Shown: positions 19,355-28,024 of the stretch, piece by piece
Layout of the letters: each line of letters begins with the position of its first letter
How positions within the stretch are numbered: the stretch's first letter is position 1
DNA from: an uncultured virus (IMG/VR IMGVR_UViG_2061766007_000957)
Taxonomy: Duplodnaviria > Heunggongvirae > Uroviricota > Caudoviricetes
Reading direction: 5' to 3' (one strand)
IMG/VR virus record: IMGVR_UViG_2061766007_000957
Span: 1 to 64,000 of that record
DNA: 64,000 nt
Translations under genes and position numbers: made by a program
The notes under the pieces: generated by a model
What the model was told of the DNA's origin: nothing
What the model saw: only the letters and a program-made list of their open reading frames with translations
Database searches by the model: none

Positions 19355-19717
19355 TTATCCTTTAACCTTTTTGATATACATACTGCTGCCAGCTTTTTCA
19401 TAATAGACAATGAACTCGGAATCCGAGGAATCGTTATCGTCTGCTATTACGAAATATTCCCCGTTCGGTTCTTCAACAATAGTATAGCCCATTGCTTCTA
19501 CATCAGCCGCCATTTCAAGTTCCCTTGTCCAAAAATCATTATTTTCGGTCAGCTGCTCCTCGATCATTTCAGCTGCTGAATCATAGCCATTTATCTCGGC
19601 TCTGTCATTGATGTTGTATTCCGATTTGTCCTGTTTGTTGCCAAACGATCCATTCTCATAAATGGGAACATGTTTTCCGTTTATAGTGACCCACTTTTCA
19701 ACTTCCCTGCTCATCAT
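19355..19717 (-). CDS. WITxNG-tagged acidic hypothetical protein
   Basis: N-terminus MSREVEKWVTINGKHVPIYENG. Confidence 0.85.
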   Translation of the reverse strand: MMSREVEKWVTINGKHVPIYENGSFGNKQDKSEYNINDRAEINGYDSAAEMIEEQLTENNDFWTRELEMAADVEAMGYTIVEEPNGEYFVIADDNDSSDSEFIVYYEKAGSSMYIKKVKG

Positions 19718-19724
19718 TTCCTCC

Positions 19725-20816
19725 TTAACATTTTACATCCATATCCACATAACCGGGAATGCCATCCACTTTACCTTTGCTGGTGTATTGCCACATGACT
19801 TCTCCGATATTGGGTTTGTATTGCTCTTTCAAAGTGCCATCATTTTTGCCGTACCGGGCAATCCAAAACTTATACTTTTGTTTAAGGGACTTGTCGATAT
19901 AATTGTTATACCAATTCACATTACAATAGATCCCAGCTTCATATCCACTGACCTGACAATATTGTAAAAACGCCTCGGCAATCTGCGCTATCTTGTGTTT
20001 CCCTGCACCAATCTGCGAAGCATCTTCCAAGTCATACCATATCGGGACATTTCTGCCATTAAGTAATTTGACAACGCTGACTGCCTCGGCATAGGCTTGC
20101 TGAACATTAATGGCGTAGCTGTACTTATATACTCCGGCCACCTTCAGGCCTGCTTTCTGCGCATCTGCGTAATAACGTTCGAACTTAGCATCCGGAAGTC
20201 CACTCTTTATTGTCGATCTTAAAATGACAAAATCTATGCCAGCATTTTTAACCCGATAGAAATCCACTGCGGATTGACATGCTGAAATATCTATACCATA
20301 GCTGTATTGCTTTGTGACACTTTCATTATCATACTTAGGAACGCCATAGCCTCGAATATACCGGCCATTGACCTTAACCGTCCTTCTTTCCACGCCATCA
20401 TTTTTGTTGCCTTCAATGACCGTTATAGTGGATCCATCGCAGGCTTCTACTAACCCAACATGTTCCGACGTCCCTTTATTGTCCCCAGCGCCAGTATCCT
20501 GCCAGTCATAAAAAATGATATCACCGGGCCTTGGTATATAAGCATCATTTTCTTGCCATATGCCTTTTTGCTGCAGCAGTGATATCATTTTATTACAGGA
20601 ACACTCGGTAGGTATTATGGCAGTATAACCACAAGCAACAGCTGCAGCACTAACAGTTGTTGCACACCACGCATCCGTGTACTTCACTTTATAGCCCCGT
20701 GCAAGTGGTTTATGGGAATTGTAAGTGTCAATAATCAGCTTATGGGTTGCATCCCCTTCTTTACAACCAAGCCATGATTTCATTTTGTCAACAATAACAG
20801 ATCTGCTATATATCAT
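19725..20816 (-). CDS. Endolysin, CHAP + GH25 muramidase
   Basis: AWCATTVS, PGDIIFYDW, HVGLVE, IEGN (CHAP); GIDIS, YDLED, WIARY, WQYTSKG (GH25). Confidence 0.93.
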   Translation of the reverse strand: MIYSRSVIVDKMKSWLGCKEGDATHKLIIDTYNSHKPLARGYKVKYTDAWCATTVSAAAVACGYTAIIPTECSCNKMISLLQQKGIWQENDAYIPRPGDIIFYDWQDTGAGDNKGTSEHVGLVEACDGSTITVIEGNKNDGVERRTVKVNGRYIRGYGVPKYDNESVTKQYSYGIDISACQSAVDFYRVKNAGIDFVILRSTIKSGLPDAKFERYYADAQKAGLKVAGVYKYSYAINVQQAYAEAVSVVKLLNGRNVPIWYDLEDASQIGAGKHKIAQIAEAFLQYCQVSGYEAGIYCNVNWYNNYIDKSLKQKYKFWIARYGKNDGTLKEQYKPNIGEVMWQYTSKGKVDGIPGYVDMDVKC

Positions 20817-21025
20817 TCTTTCTCCTTCGCCTGCGCAGCCTTGCCATCAACCCATGCTTCGCAAAAGGCATAAATAGCAGCAGATAATATACCACATACC
20901 GTACCAATAATTGTGACAGTCTGATTGGATGTTGCTATGCCTGCAATGCTGGCCGCAACCGATCCTAAAAACGCGGCTACACAAATCCAAAACTTTCTAC
21001 TTGTCAATTTCTTCTTCCAATCCAT
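20813..21025 (-). CDS. Holin
   Basis: MDWKKKLTSRKFW plus two TM helices and E..VD; overlaps the endolysin start. Confidence 0.85.
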   Translation of the reverse strand: MDWKKKLTSRKFWICVAAFLGSVAASIAGIATSNQTVTIIGTVCGILSAAIYAFCEAWVDGKAAQAKEKE

Positions 21026-21037
21026 TTTTGATCCTCC

Positions 21038-21556
21038 TTATTTTGTTATCTCATGAAATTTTTTATCAAGCCATTGTTTATGTTTACCGGCCATGCGAAT
21101 CCTCGTTCCGGTCTTCATCTCATTAGCTGGCATTCTCCGAACATTACCTTCATCGTCCATAAATACCCTGAACTGACTTCTGGTGGATGGACAATCCAAT
21201 ACAAATCCATTTGCTGTTTTGTATAACTCCGCTGCACCAGTAATATCGCTATCCGAGGTTAATGCTAATTTTCGATTCATTGTATTTAACAATGCATTGA
21301 TATTAGATTCATCAAACCCATTAACCATTGTATCCAATACTTCGCTGATTCCTTCATTAGCCTTGTCACGAGCTTTCTGTGCCTGCTCCTTTGTTATCTT
21401 TCCTTCCCGCTCCATCTTATCGATGTCCGGTTTATAGAGCATTTTAGAATCCTTATACACCTTATAAGGTGTTCTGGGTCCTACCCATCCATCCTCATAT
21501 ATTGGAATGTGATTTCCATTTATGGTTACCCACTTTACCGGTTCCTGTTTAGCCAT
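21038..21556 (-). CDS. WITxNG-tagged hypothetical protein
   Basis: AGGAGG RBS before the ATG at 21556; MAKQEPVKWVTINGNHIPIYEDG. Confidence 0.85.
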   Translation of the reverse strand: MAKQEPVKWVTINGNHIPIYEDGWVGPRTPYKVYKDSKMLYKPDIDKMEREGKITKEQAQKARDKANEGISEVLDTMVNGFDESNINALLNTMNRKLALTSDSDITGAAELYKTANGFVLDCPSTRSQFRVFMDDEGNVRRMPANEMKTGTRIRMAGKHKQWLDKKFHEITK

Positions 21557-21794
21557 TATCTCTGTCCTCCTGTTCGTACTTATGTGCGTATCTTTTCTTG
21601 ATATACCATATTGCAAATGATAAAGTTATTTCTCCGCCCAACACACTAAATACACTTGTGATCAAAGTTGTCGGCTCTGTCTGGAACAAGAAGAATATAA
21701 CTATCATTGTTGCCGTAAATACAAATAGGAATGAAGCGCAGCCTATCAATATTTTATCAATTGTGTTAAACTTAGTTACTGTCTTCTTTGTCAT
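21549..21794 (-). CDS. Two-TM membrane protein (second holin/antiholin-like)
   Basis: Two hydrophobic helices, EP.TLI and GGE motifs, basic tail. Confidence 0.6.
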   Translation of the reverse strand: MTKKTVTKFNTIDKILIGCASFLFVFTATMIVIFFLFQTEPTTLITSVFSVLGGEITLSFAIWYIKKRYAHKYEQEDRDNG

Positions 21795-22227
21795 CTTCGC
21801 TGCCCCATTCCAATTTGATTTTGATCTCATTATCCACTTTGCCAGTCGACCGGAGATCTATATCAGTTGTTCTTTTAGCCAGCTCATTTGCTGCTTTTAA
21901 TCTATCTGACAAGCTGGCTTCCAGCCCGAACTGATCCTTGACTTCGCCATTCATAACGCGGGTGAAAAAGTCCATTACTTCCTTACCGGTTGCTATCTTC
22001 AATTTGTTTTCATCGTGTCGCAAATCGTATATTTTCTTCTTTACGCCCACATGTGACATTAACCGGTAACTTTGCGCCTTCGCCGTCGACTTACTATATC
22101 CAGCCCTTCTTGCAGAATCAACAGCATTACCTGTTTCTACGTAGTATAATGCGAAGTCCAGCTGTTTTTTTGTCAACTGATATTCTTCATCTACTATTGT
22201 ATTGTCAGGATTAGTATTCTTTGCCAT
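21772..22227 (-). CDS. terS: Terminase small subunit
   Basis: LTKKQ..FA..Y..TGNA..SA..AGYS and DRLKAANELAKR motifs. Confidence 0.93.
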   Translation of the reverse strand: MAKNTNPDNTIVDEEYQLTKKQLDFALYYVETGNAVDSARRAGYSKSTAKAQSYRLMSHVGVKKKIYDLRHDENKLKIATGKEVMDFFTRVMNGEVKDQFGLEASLSDRLKAANELAKRTTDIDLRSTGKVDNEIKIKLEWGSEDDKEDSN

Positions 22228-22262
22228 ATCTGCTTAGTACAACTTCCTTTCTTTCTGTCTTT

Positions 22263-22815
22263 TTATTTGCGCCTTCTTTTTGCTCTTTCCTGAGCCTCTT
22301 CAGACCAATTACCGGATAAGCCATTATGTTTAACATTCCAATCACCGCTAATTCCATTCCCGCTTTTTATTTGCTGGGTAATATAATCATCTGCTTCTTT
22401 CGGCGTATCAAATGATTTTACTTCTTTACCCATTGCGGTTACGGTATATTTTTTTAGTTTTGTCATTTGCTTTTTTAGGCGCGTCATCTTTGACAAGTTT
22501 TCCTTTTGCATCTCTTAAACGTTTTTGCCATACTTTTATTCGGCCTTCGATTTCTTTGGCATTACGACCTTCCGAAAATTCCTTATCCCTTTTCAGGCTT
22601 TCTTTTAACTTTTTGATATTTTCATTTGCATTGTCAATTTCTTTTTGTACGGATGTGTTATGCCTTTTCTTATAAGCAGGATCTGTATTCATTCTATCTT
22701 CTCTTCCGGTCATGATCCCACTTTTCATTCTCTTGACCGCATCCCTTTTGGTTTCTCCTTCATATATGGGAATATGACGGCCATTTACAGTTATCCATGC
22801 TTTCGGTTCTGCCAT
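22263..22815 (-). CDS. WITxNG-tagged protein, apparently frameshifted at an A7 run (22449-22455)
   Basis: ORF 22426..22815 starts MAEPKAWITVNGRHIPIYEG; a +1 frame continues to 22263 with no RBS of its own. Confidence 0.7.
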
Positions 22816-22818
22816 TGT

Positions 22819-24405
22819 TTATCCTCCTTNNNNNNNNNNTTCAGCTAACTGAGATGCCAGCATTTGTACTCCATCAGGAGCTTTCCAGGATCCTTTTGTC
22901 CTTGTATATGTTGTTCCATTTATCGTTACTTTATCGCCTTCTTTTTTACCGCGCAGCATATCCTCTATTCTCATCCTAGTGGCAACCTTATCTGATGCGT
23001 GTTTCTTTAAGAAAGATTCATCAGCGGTTTTATTAGCAGTTGCTTGCCGGTTACCTGTCTTTACCTTTTTAGCCATAGGTGTATCCGAAACTCCTGTTTT
23101 ACTTATACCTATTTCCTTATCTCCTATTTTGATTGTCTTTTCTTTATCTATATCAGACTTATTGGATTTATATGAATGTCCATCATCCCAGCTCCCGTCT
23201 TCATTTTGATATCTGCCACCATTTTCAGTAGTGCGATGCAAAGATATCTTATCATCTTTAGCATCCGGATACTTCTCCTTGTATTTACGGACTGCTTCTT
23301 CTTCGCTGTCAGCTTCTACTCTTTCTAACCTTGAATGATGTTCAGTACCCAATATAGTGCTGGGTTGATAGACTGCATAATGCTTAGAATTAGTTTCACC
23401 AGCCGCTTTTTCGTCCCTATCAATCCAAGACTTTAAGTCTTTTTCTTTTGCCTTTAATGCTGCTAATTTTTCATCATAATCCGGTGCGCGTAAAGCAGGA
23501 CGGGTTCCTTCAAACTGTTTAATTTCATCCTGCACATCGGCCAGCTGTTCTTTATATACACCAAGTCTTTGTTCTTCCCCACCATCTACTTTACTTTCTT
23601 TTTCATACTTGCCTTCTCCATGCTCTCTATCATAAGCATCAACTTCATCAGCTAATTCCCTTTCCCGACGTTTTCTGTCATACTCTTTAGGATCTTCTTT
23701 ATCTAAAGGATAATCAACAACGAACTCACTGCTGGGACGACCTCCTTCCTGACCTTTTGCCGGAAACATATCATCATCAAAGCCCAGCTTGTCTTTCATA
23801 ACCTGCTTAGCTTCATCCATTGATATACCAAACTCTTTTGCAATGGCTTTCTGCTCATGTTCTGTTTCAGTATCCCAATCTCCGGACACAGGTTTGCTAC
23901 CATTATAACGTTCTGCTATCTCATCAAGCTTATCCTCATCAATATCGGATGATTTTTTGGTAGAAGTGTCCCTATCAATCCATTTTTCCAGATTTGCTTT
24001 TTTCTCTTTAAGCTTCGCCAGCTTTTCATCATAATCAGCTGCCCGCATACGAGGGGAAGTGCTCTCGAATTGTTCTATATCTTCATTAACATCGCGAAGC
24101 TGCTCCTTGTATGTTTCTACCCTTGCAGCCTTATCCGCATCGCTACCAAGATCTTCCTCATCCTCTTCCCACTGATAGCTGTCTTCCTTGCCATATTCTT
24201 TTTCCCAGCGTTTATTTTCTTCTTCCATCCATTCATGATCTGTTTTATTTGCAGGATCATTATCATCACGCATTTGTGATTTTTTCTTCCCAGATCCACT
24301 GGCTTTAATCTTTTCATATACCCCGCCTAGACTACCGTCTGAATATATGGGTACATGATTCCCATTGATAGTAATCCAAGCCTTGATCTCTTTTCCTTTT
24401 GCCAT
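22819..24405 (-). CDS. Large WITxNG-tagged, highly charged multidomain protein (C-terminus crosses an N gap)
   Basis: MAKGKEIKAWITINGNHVPIYSDG; 52-aa internal duplication; Ns at 22830-22839. Confidence 0.85.
   Translation of the reverse strand: MAKGKEIKAWITINGNHVPIYSDGSLGGVYEKIKASGSGKKKSQMRDDNDPANKTDHEWMEEENKRWEKEYGKEDSYQWEEDEEDLGSDADKAARVETYKEQLRDVNEDIEQFESTSPRMRAADYDEKLAKLKEKKANLEKWIDRDTSTKKSSDIDEDKLDEIAERYNGSKPVSGDWDTETEHEQKAIAKEFGISMDEAKQVMKDKLGFDDDMFPAKGQEGGRPSSEFVVDYPLDKEDPKEYDRKRRERELADEVDAYDREHGEGKYEKESKVDGGEEQRLGVYKEQLADVQDEIKQFEGTRPALRAPDYDEKLAALKAKEKDLKSWIDRDEKAAGETNSKHYAVYQPSTILGTEHHSRLERVEADSEEEAVRKYKEKYPDAKDDKISLHRTTENGGRYQNEDGSWDDGHSYKSNKSDIDKEKTIKIGDKEIGISKTGVSDTPMAKKVKTGNRQATANKTADESFLKKHASDKVATRMRIEDMLRGKKEGDKVTINGTTYTRTKGSWKAPDGVQMLASQLAEXXXXGG
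22830..22839. other. Assembly gap
   Basis: 10 N. Confidence 0.99.
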
Positions 24406-24423
24406 TGTTTTTACTCCTCTCTT

Positions 24424-24828
24424 TTAATAATCAGATAAATCATTTAACCAATTTTGAATTTTCTGCTTCTCTTTGTCTGTTAATTTATTTGACAATAATG
24501 CGTTTTGTAAAGTAGCCATAGCTGATGCTACATTTCTTCCTTCGTCTATACGCCCTTGCAGAAGAAGCTGATATAATTTTTGTAGATCCTTAATATTTAT
24601 CGACTTTGCATTCTTTTCATTTTCTTCTGCTTTTTGCTGCGCTTGCCTTTGGCGTTCAAGTTCAGCATCATGTTTCATCTCTTCTTCGTATTCATCTTCC
24701 TGCTCACCAGAACTGCCACCATAAACAGGAATATTATCATCATATAAAGATGATTCAATATCATCGGGCATTTTGCTATGAATAAGAATATGTCTTCCTC
24801 CTAAAGTTATCCATCTTTGACTTTTCAT
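24424..24828 (-). CDS. WITxNG-tagged protein (degenerate tag)
   Basis: MKSQRWITLGGRHILIHS; ATG at 24828 overlaps the upstream TGA. Confidence 0.75.
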   Translation of the reverse strand: MKSQRWITLGGRHILIHSKMPDDIESSLYDDNIPVYGGSSGEQEDEYEEEMKHDAELERQRQAQQKAEENEKNAKSINIKDLQKLYQLLLQGRIDEGRNVASAMATLQNALLSNKLTDKEKQKIQNWLNDLSDY

Positions 24829-25142
24829 ATCACTATATCCTTCTTCTTTTTGACATCCTCCCAATACTCATTATCAGTTGGGATCTCCCACTTATTCAAT
24901 TTATACCAAAGATCCCGCAAGTATAGCAGGATCTGGATATCGGAGCTGGACTCAAATAACTTAACATTGACAATTTTATGCTTATCTTCATTCCATACAG
25001 CCTGCTTTATAACGATCATCTCAATTATCTTATCCGTCTTATCGCTATAAAACTGGGTTTTGTTGACAAGGATTCTTTTATCAAAATTAAGGTTGATTGC
25101 TTTCTGTAATTTTTTAATTAGTGGCAGATACTTCTTAGCCAT
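24825..25142 (-). CDS. Hypothetical protein
   Basis: 105 aa ORF, coupled to both neighbours. Confidence 0.7.
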   Translation of the reverse strand: MAKKYLPLIKKLQKAINLNFDKRILVNKTQFYSDKTDKIIEMIVIKQAVWNEDKHKIVNVKLFESSSDIQILLYLRDLWYKLNKWEIPTDNEYWEDVKKKKDIVI

Positions 25143-25210
25143 TATTTTCTACGCTTTCTGCTTCTAACAACCCGCTTCTTATATTTACGGTAAGTCTGCT
25201 TTGCTGCCAT
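25142..25210 (-). CDS. Arg/Lys-rich micro-protein (22 aa)
   Basis: GGGGAG RBS; MAAKQTYRKYKKRVVRSRKRRK; TAATG coupling to the next gene. Confidence 0.6.
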   Translation of the reverse strand: MAAKQTYRKYKKRVVRSRKRRK

Positions 25211-25442
25211 TGTTTATCTCCCCATTCCCAATGTTATTGAAGCTATTATTGTCAGCTTCTTGAGTGATCAAACTTTCTTCTTCAGCCGGTAAGCTTATGT
25301 ACCACATAAAGCCAGCAATAGTGAGCAGCTCTAAAACGATCATAAATAAAAAAGCGACGAACCATCTCTTGGCGCTCTGCTTAACTTCAACAAGCAGCTC
25401 ATATGCTAAGCTATGTTCGTCTAATTTATTTTGCTGATCCAT
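25185..25442 (-). CDS. Single-TM membrane protein
   Basis: GGAGG RBS; KRWFVAFLFMIVLELLTIAGFMWY helix. Confidence 0.7.
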   Translation of the reverse strand: MDQQNKLDEHSLAYELLVEVKQSAKRWFVAFLFMIVLELLTIAGFMWYISLPAEEESLITQEADNNSFNNIGNGEINNGSKADLP

Positions 25443-25457
25443 GGCATACCTCCTCAT

Positions 25458-25619
25458 CTACTTTATTATACCTGATCGATCTATATTAAACAATCGGTTT
25501 TTTTGTTTGGTTTTCATTTTACGAAAACATATATCCCCGTATCCGTTCTTACGAGTTTTGTCACTCTTTAATTTGCGGCCACACCGTAAACAATATTCAT
25601 ATTCTTTTTCTTTTGTCAT
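25458..25619 (-). CDS. Small Zn-finger protein (DUF6011-like)
   Basis: CLRCGRKL...GYGDIC. Confidence 0.6.
   Translation of the reverse strand: MTKEKEYEYCLRCGRKLKSDKTRKNGYGDICFRKMKTKQKNRLFNIDRSGIIK
25465..25493 (-). promoter_or_regulatory. Sigma-A promoter for the packaging region
   Basis: TTGTTT-17 bp-TATAAT; spacer contains GATCGATC. Confidence 0.6.
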
Positions 25620-25764
25620 ATTCAACATACCTTTCTATTGTTGAAAATTTTTTACCACAATCATTGCAGATACGCATTCTAACATATCCTCTATCCCTTT
25701 TCCTGATTCCATCAGTTAGCTCAGTATTTAATTTTCTGCAATATGGACATTTAATTGCTGGCAT
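25597..25764 (-). CDS. NrdR-N / Ogr-like zinc-ribbon protein
   Basis: MPAIKCPYC...R.R.C..CGKKFSTIE. Confidence 0.65.
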   Translation of the reverse strand: MPAIKCPYCRKLNTELTDGIRKRDRGYVRMRICNDCGKKFSTIERYVEYDKRKRI

Positions 25765-25914
25765 TTATTCATCACCTTCTTTATCAAAAATAGACTGTTC
25801 TTCTGCCTTTCGGTCGTAATAGTCCTGCCTGCGGTACTCCCAGTCCACGTCGCGCCGCCAGTCGTTGTATTCTTCCTCTGTCCCGAACTCCCTGCTATCG
25901 TTTAAGATGCTCAT
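25765..25914 (-). CDS. Small acidic hypothetical protein
   Basis: MSILNDSREFGTEEEYNDWRRD...; ATG overlaps the upstream TGA. Confidence 0.55.
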   Translation of the reverse strand: MSILNDSREFGTEEEYNDWRRDVDWEYRRQDYYDRKAEEQSIFDKEGDE

Positions 25915-26111
25915 TCCTTATCCTCACTTTCTGCCAGAAAATTAAGTGTTCCGTTTTCGTCAATACGCACACCGCAGTATTTTTCTGTGTCAATTAAGCA
26001 GTTAGTCGTGCAAAACGGTTTTTCCTTGTCTTTATACTGTTCTTTCGTTTTGTAATTCACGAAAATTCCAATGCACATTGTATGTTCCGGCATATCAAGT
26101 ATTATTTTCAT
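25911..26111 (-). CDS. Hypothetical protein
   Basis: 66 aa; MKIILDMPE start. Confidence 0.6.
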   Translation of the reverse strand: MKIILDMPEHTMCIGIFVNYKTKEQYKDKEKPFCTTNCLIDTEKYCGVRIDENGTLNFLAESEDKE

Positions 26112-26118
26112 TCCTTAC

Positions 26119-26388
26119 CTCACTTTCCATTCTTGCACCGCAATTAGGGCAAAAATTCGTATTTCCCANNNNNNNNNNTTGAAAATCCCTTCCCACATCT
26201 TCATGTTGCGGTCGCTGATTTCCTTGCTTTCTGCATTTTCTTTTGCCTGCTCTATTGCTTGCCACTCCGCATTTGTTAAAGGATAGTCTTTCTGTATTCC
26301 TTTAAGTATTGAAATCATTATATTATTATTCATACTTTCTCACTTTCCATTCTTGCACCGCAATTAGGGCAAAAATTCGTATTTCCCA
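26119..26388. repeat. 50-bp direct repeat (26119-26168 and 26339-26388), the first copy abutting an N gap (26169-26178)
   Basis: CTCACTTTCCATTCTTGCACCGCAATTAGGGCAAAAATTCGTATTTCCCA occurs twice and encodes GNTNFCPNCGARMESE. Confidence 0.9.
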
Positions 26389-26878
26389 AATTATGCTCGC
26401 CGCATTTGTCACACTCATACCAATACTGCGCGTGTGTTGTGTATCTATCCATGCTTATGCGTTTCCAATGCCCTGCCTGCTCTTGCGGTCTGACGGACGG
26501 TAACTGTTTAACACACAAATCTTCAACTGTTTCCACGGCTTCTTTGCGGATAATCTTTGCTTCATGTGTATCATCATTAAACCACGGACTTTGCTTTAAT
26601 TCTTCGATTCCGTCAAGCACCGCCTGTCTGCTTATAGCGTCATCACACGGCTCTTGCTTTGGCGTGTACTTCTTAACTATGTCCTTACATTTCTGCATTT
26701 CTTCGGGTGTTATGCAAGGCATATCCGCTAATTCTTCACAAATTTTTTCGAGATTTGACACTTTCTCTAGTGCCTTAATTGCCAACTCGTAGGCTTCTTC
26801 ATTTTCATCTGAATATCCTTGTCCTTTGATTTCTGAATACACTTTCAAAAACCATTGTCTTGCTTCTTCGTTGGTCAT
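26330..26878 (-). CDS. Mosaic phage protein with C-terminal zinc ribbon
   Basis: MTNEEA, DAISRQA, CDKCG...FCPNCGARM modules. Confidence 0.75.
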   Translation of the reverse strand: MTNEEARQWFLKVYSEIKGQGYSDENEEAYELAIKALEKVSNLEKICEELADMPCITPEEMQKCKDIVKKYTPKQEPCDDAISRQAVLDGIEELKQSPWFNDDTHEAKIIRKEAVETVEDLCVKQLPSVRPQEQAGHWKRISMDRYTTHAQYWYECDKCGEHNLGNTNFCPNCGARMESEKV

Positions 26879-27169
26879 TTACTCACCGCCTTTATCCAGA
26901 TACTTGATTTCAAATCCGTCATCAATAGCAATAGCCAATGTCTGAACGAAAGTTTCATTCTGTGTCAAATCTTCTCTACCGATATGCAGTAACATTCCAT
27001 GCACCATTTCGTGAATAATCGTTCTCCTCTGTATATCTTCTGGCATATTCTTGTTGATACGGATTCTGCACTCGGAATAAGTTATCAGACCGAAATTTGA
27101 GTCCTGTCCTGCGAATGTATCATCTACAAAATCAACTTCATGTGGTATTCCGCAAATATTAACTCTCAT
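26879..27169 (-). CDS. ImmA/IrrE-like HEXXH metallopeptidase
   Basis: IIHEMVHG and downstream E..V. Confidence 0.65.
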   Translation of the reverse strand: MRVNICGIPHEVDFVDDTFAGQDSNFGLITYSECRIRINKNMPEDIQRRTIIHEMVHGMLLHIGREDLTQNETFVQTLAIAIDDGFEIKYLDKGGE

Positions 27170-27730
27170 TTACTCACCACCTTTCATTTCCAACACCACT
27201 TCTATTGCTTCGTGATAGTCTGGAAAATCGTCAACATTTGCTTTCAGATACGCAAGCACTTTGTCATAGGCATCTTTCTCTTGCTCTAACTCATCAAGGT
27301 CAAAGTTAGATATATGCTTCGACACCTTGTTTATCCGTAACTTCACGGGAAAAGTATCATGCTTAACACTTGTCAGCTCTTGCTCTGCACATTTGTCGAT
27401 TACTGCAAGTGCTTCTTGTGCCGTTTCATAATCCATCTCAATAGTCGCTCGTTCAATTTCTGCTCTTAACTGCTCTAGTGTCGGATTTTGTTCAAAAGAC
27501 CGTTCAAAAAGTATTCTGCAACATTCCCCGTCATTGTGTTCACATTCTTCGCAGTTATGTTCGCATTTGTCATTCCCTTGCTCCTCTCTATACTGCTCTA
27601 TCTGAAAAATCAATTCGTTCAGTTTTCGGTTTATTCTCCGTTGCACTTCAAGTATTATTGATATACTTGCAAGGACATACAAACCAAGTAGCATTTCGCA
27701 TATTTTGCTTATCACTTCAAGTGTTGTCAT
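27170..27730 (-). CDS. Hypothetical mosaic protein with N-terminal TM
   Basis: AAAGGAG RBS; hydrophobic N-terminus, Cys cluster. Confidence 0.65.
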   Translation of the reverse strand: MTTLEVISKICEMLLGLYVLASISIILEVQRRINRKLNELIFQIEQYREEQGNDKCEHNCEECEHNDGECCRILFERSFEQNPTLEQLRAEIERATIEMDYETAQEALAVIDKCAEQELTSVKHDTFPVKLRINKVSKHISNFDLDELEQEKDAYDKVLAYLKANVDDFPDYHEAIEVVLEMKGGE

Positions 27731-27755
27731 TCGCTCTCCTTTCATTCATCTGCCC

Positions 27756-28013
27756 TTAATAATCGACGCCTTTGATATATGCTGGCGGTTCTGTTAATCT
27801 GTTCGCTCTAAAATGAAATTCATCCTCGACTTTTTCTTCCTTAAACAACTCAATTAACTTTGGGCACTTACCAAGTTCTATGACTCGCATACATGGCAAA
27901 CAATGGTCACGACAAATAACATCAGATAAATACCGACTCTTTCTTCCGGTTGGATAATCATTGCGTATATGACAAGTCCGAATAATATGTTTAATATCTT
28001 TGTCAGTTATCAT
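27756..28013 (-). CDS. Cys-rich hypothetical protein
   Basis: C...CLPC.RVI..GKC. Confidence 0.6.
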   Translation of the reverse strand: MITDKDIKHIIRTCHIRNDYPTGRKSRYLSDVICRDHCLPCMRVIELGKCPKLIELFKEEKVEDEFHFRANRLTEPPAYIKGVDY

Positions 28014-28024
28014 ATCTTTCCTTT

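Noticed and set aside
26115..26333. 72-aa ORF spanning Ns
   Set aside because: Chimeric across the gap; only the N-terminal part is credible.
26119..26388. 50-bp direct repeat as att site, DGR TR/VR or CRISPR repeat
   Set aside because: Copies are identical, encode a common Zn-ribbon gene end and one abuts an N gap. More likely a scaffolding artefact or a shared mosaic gene end. No reverse transcriptase or integrase is present.
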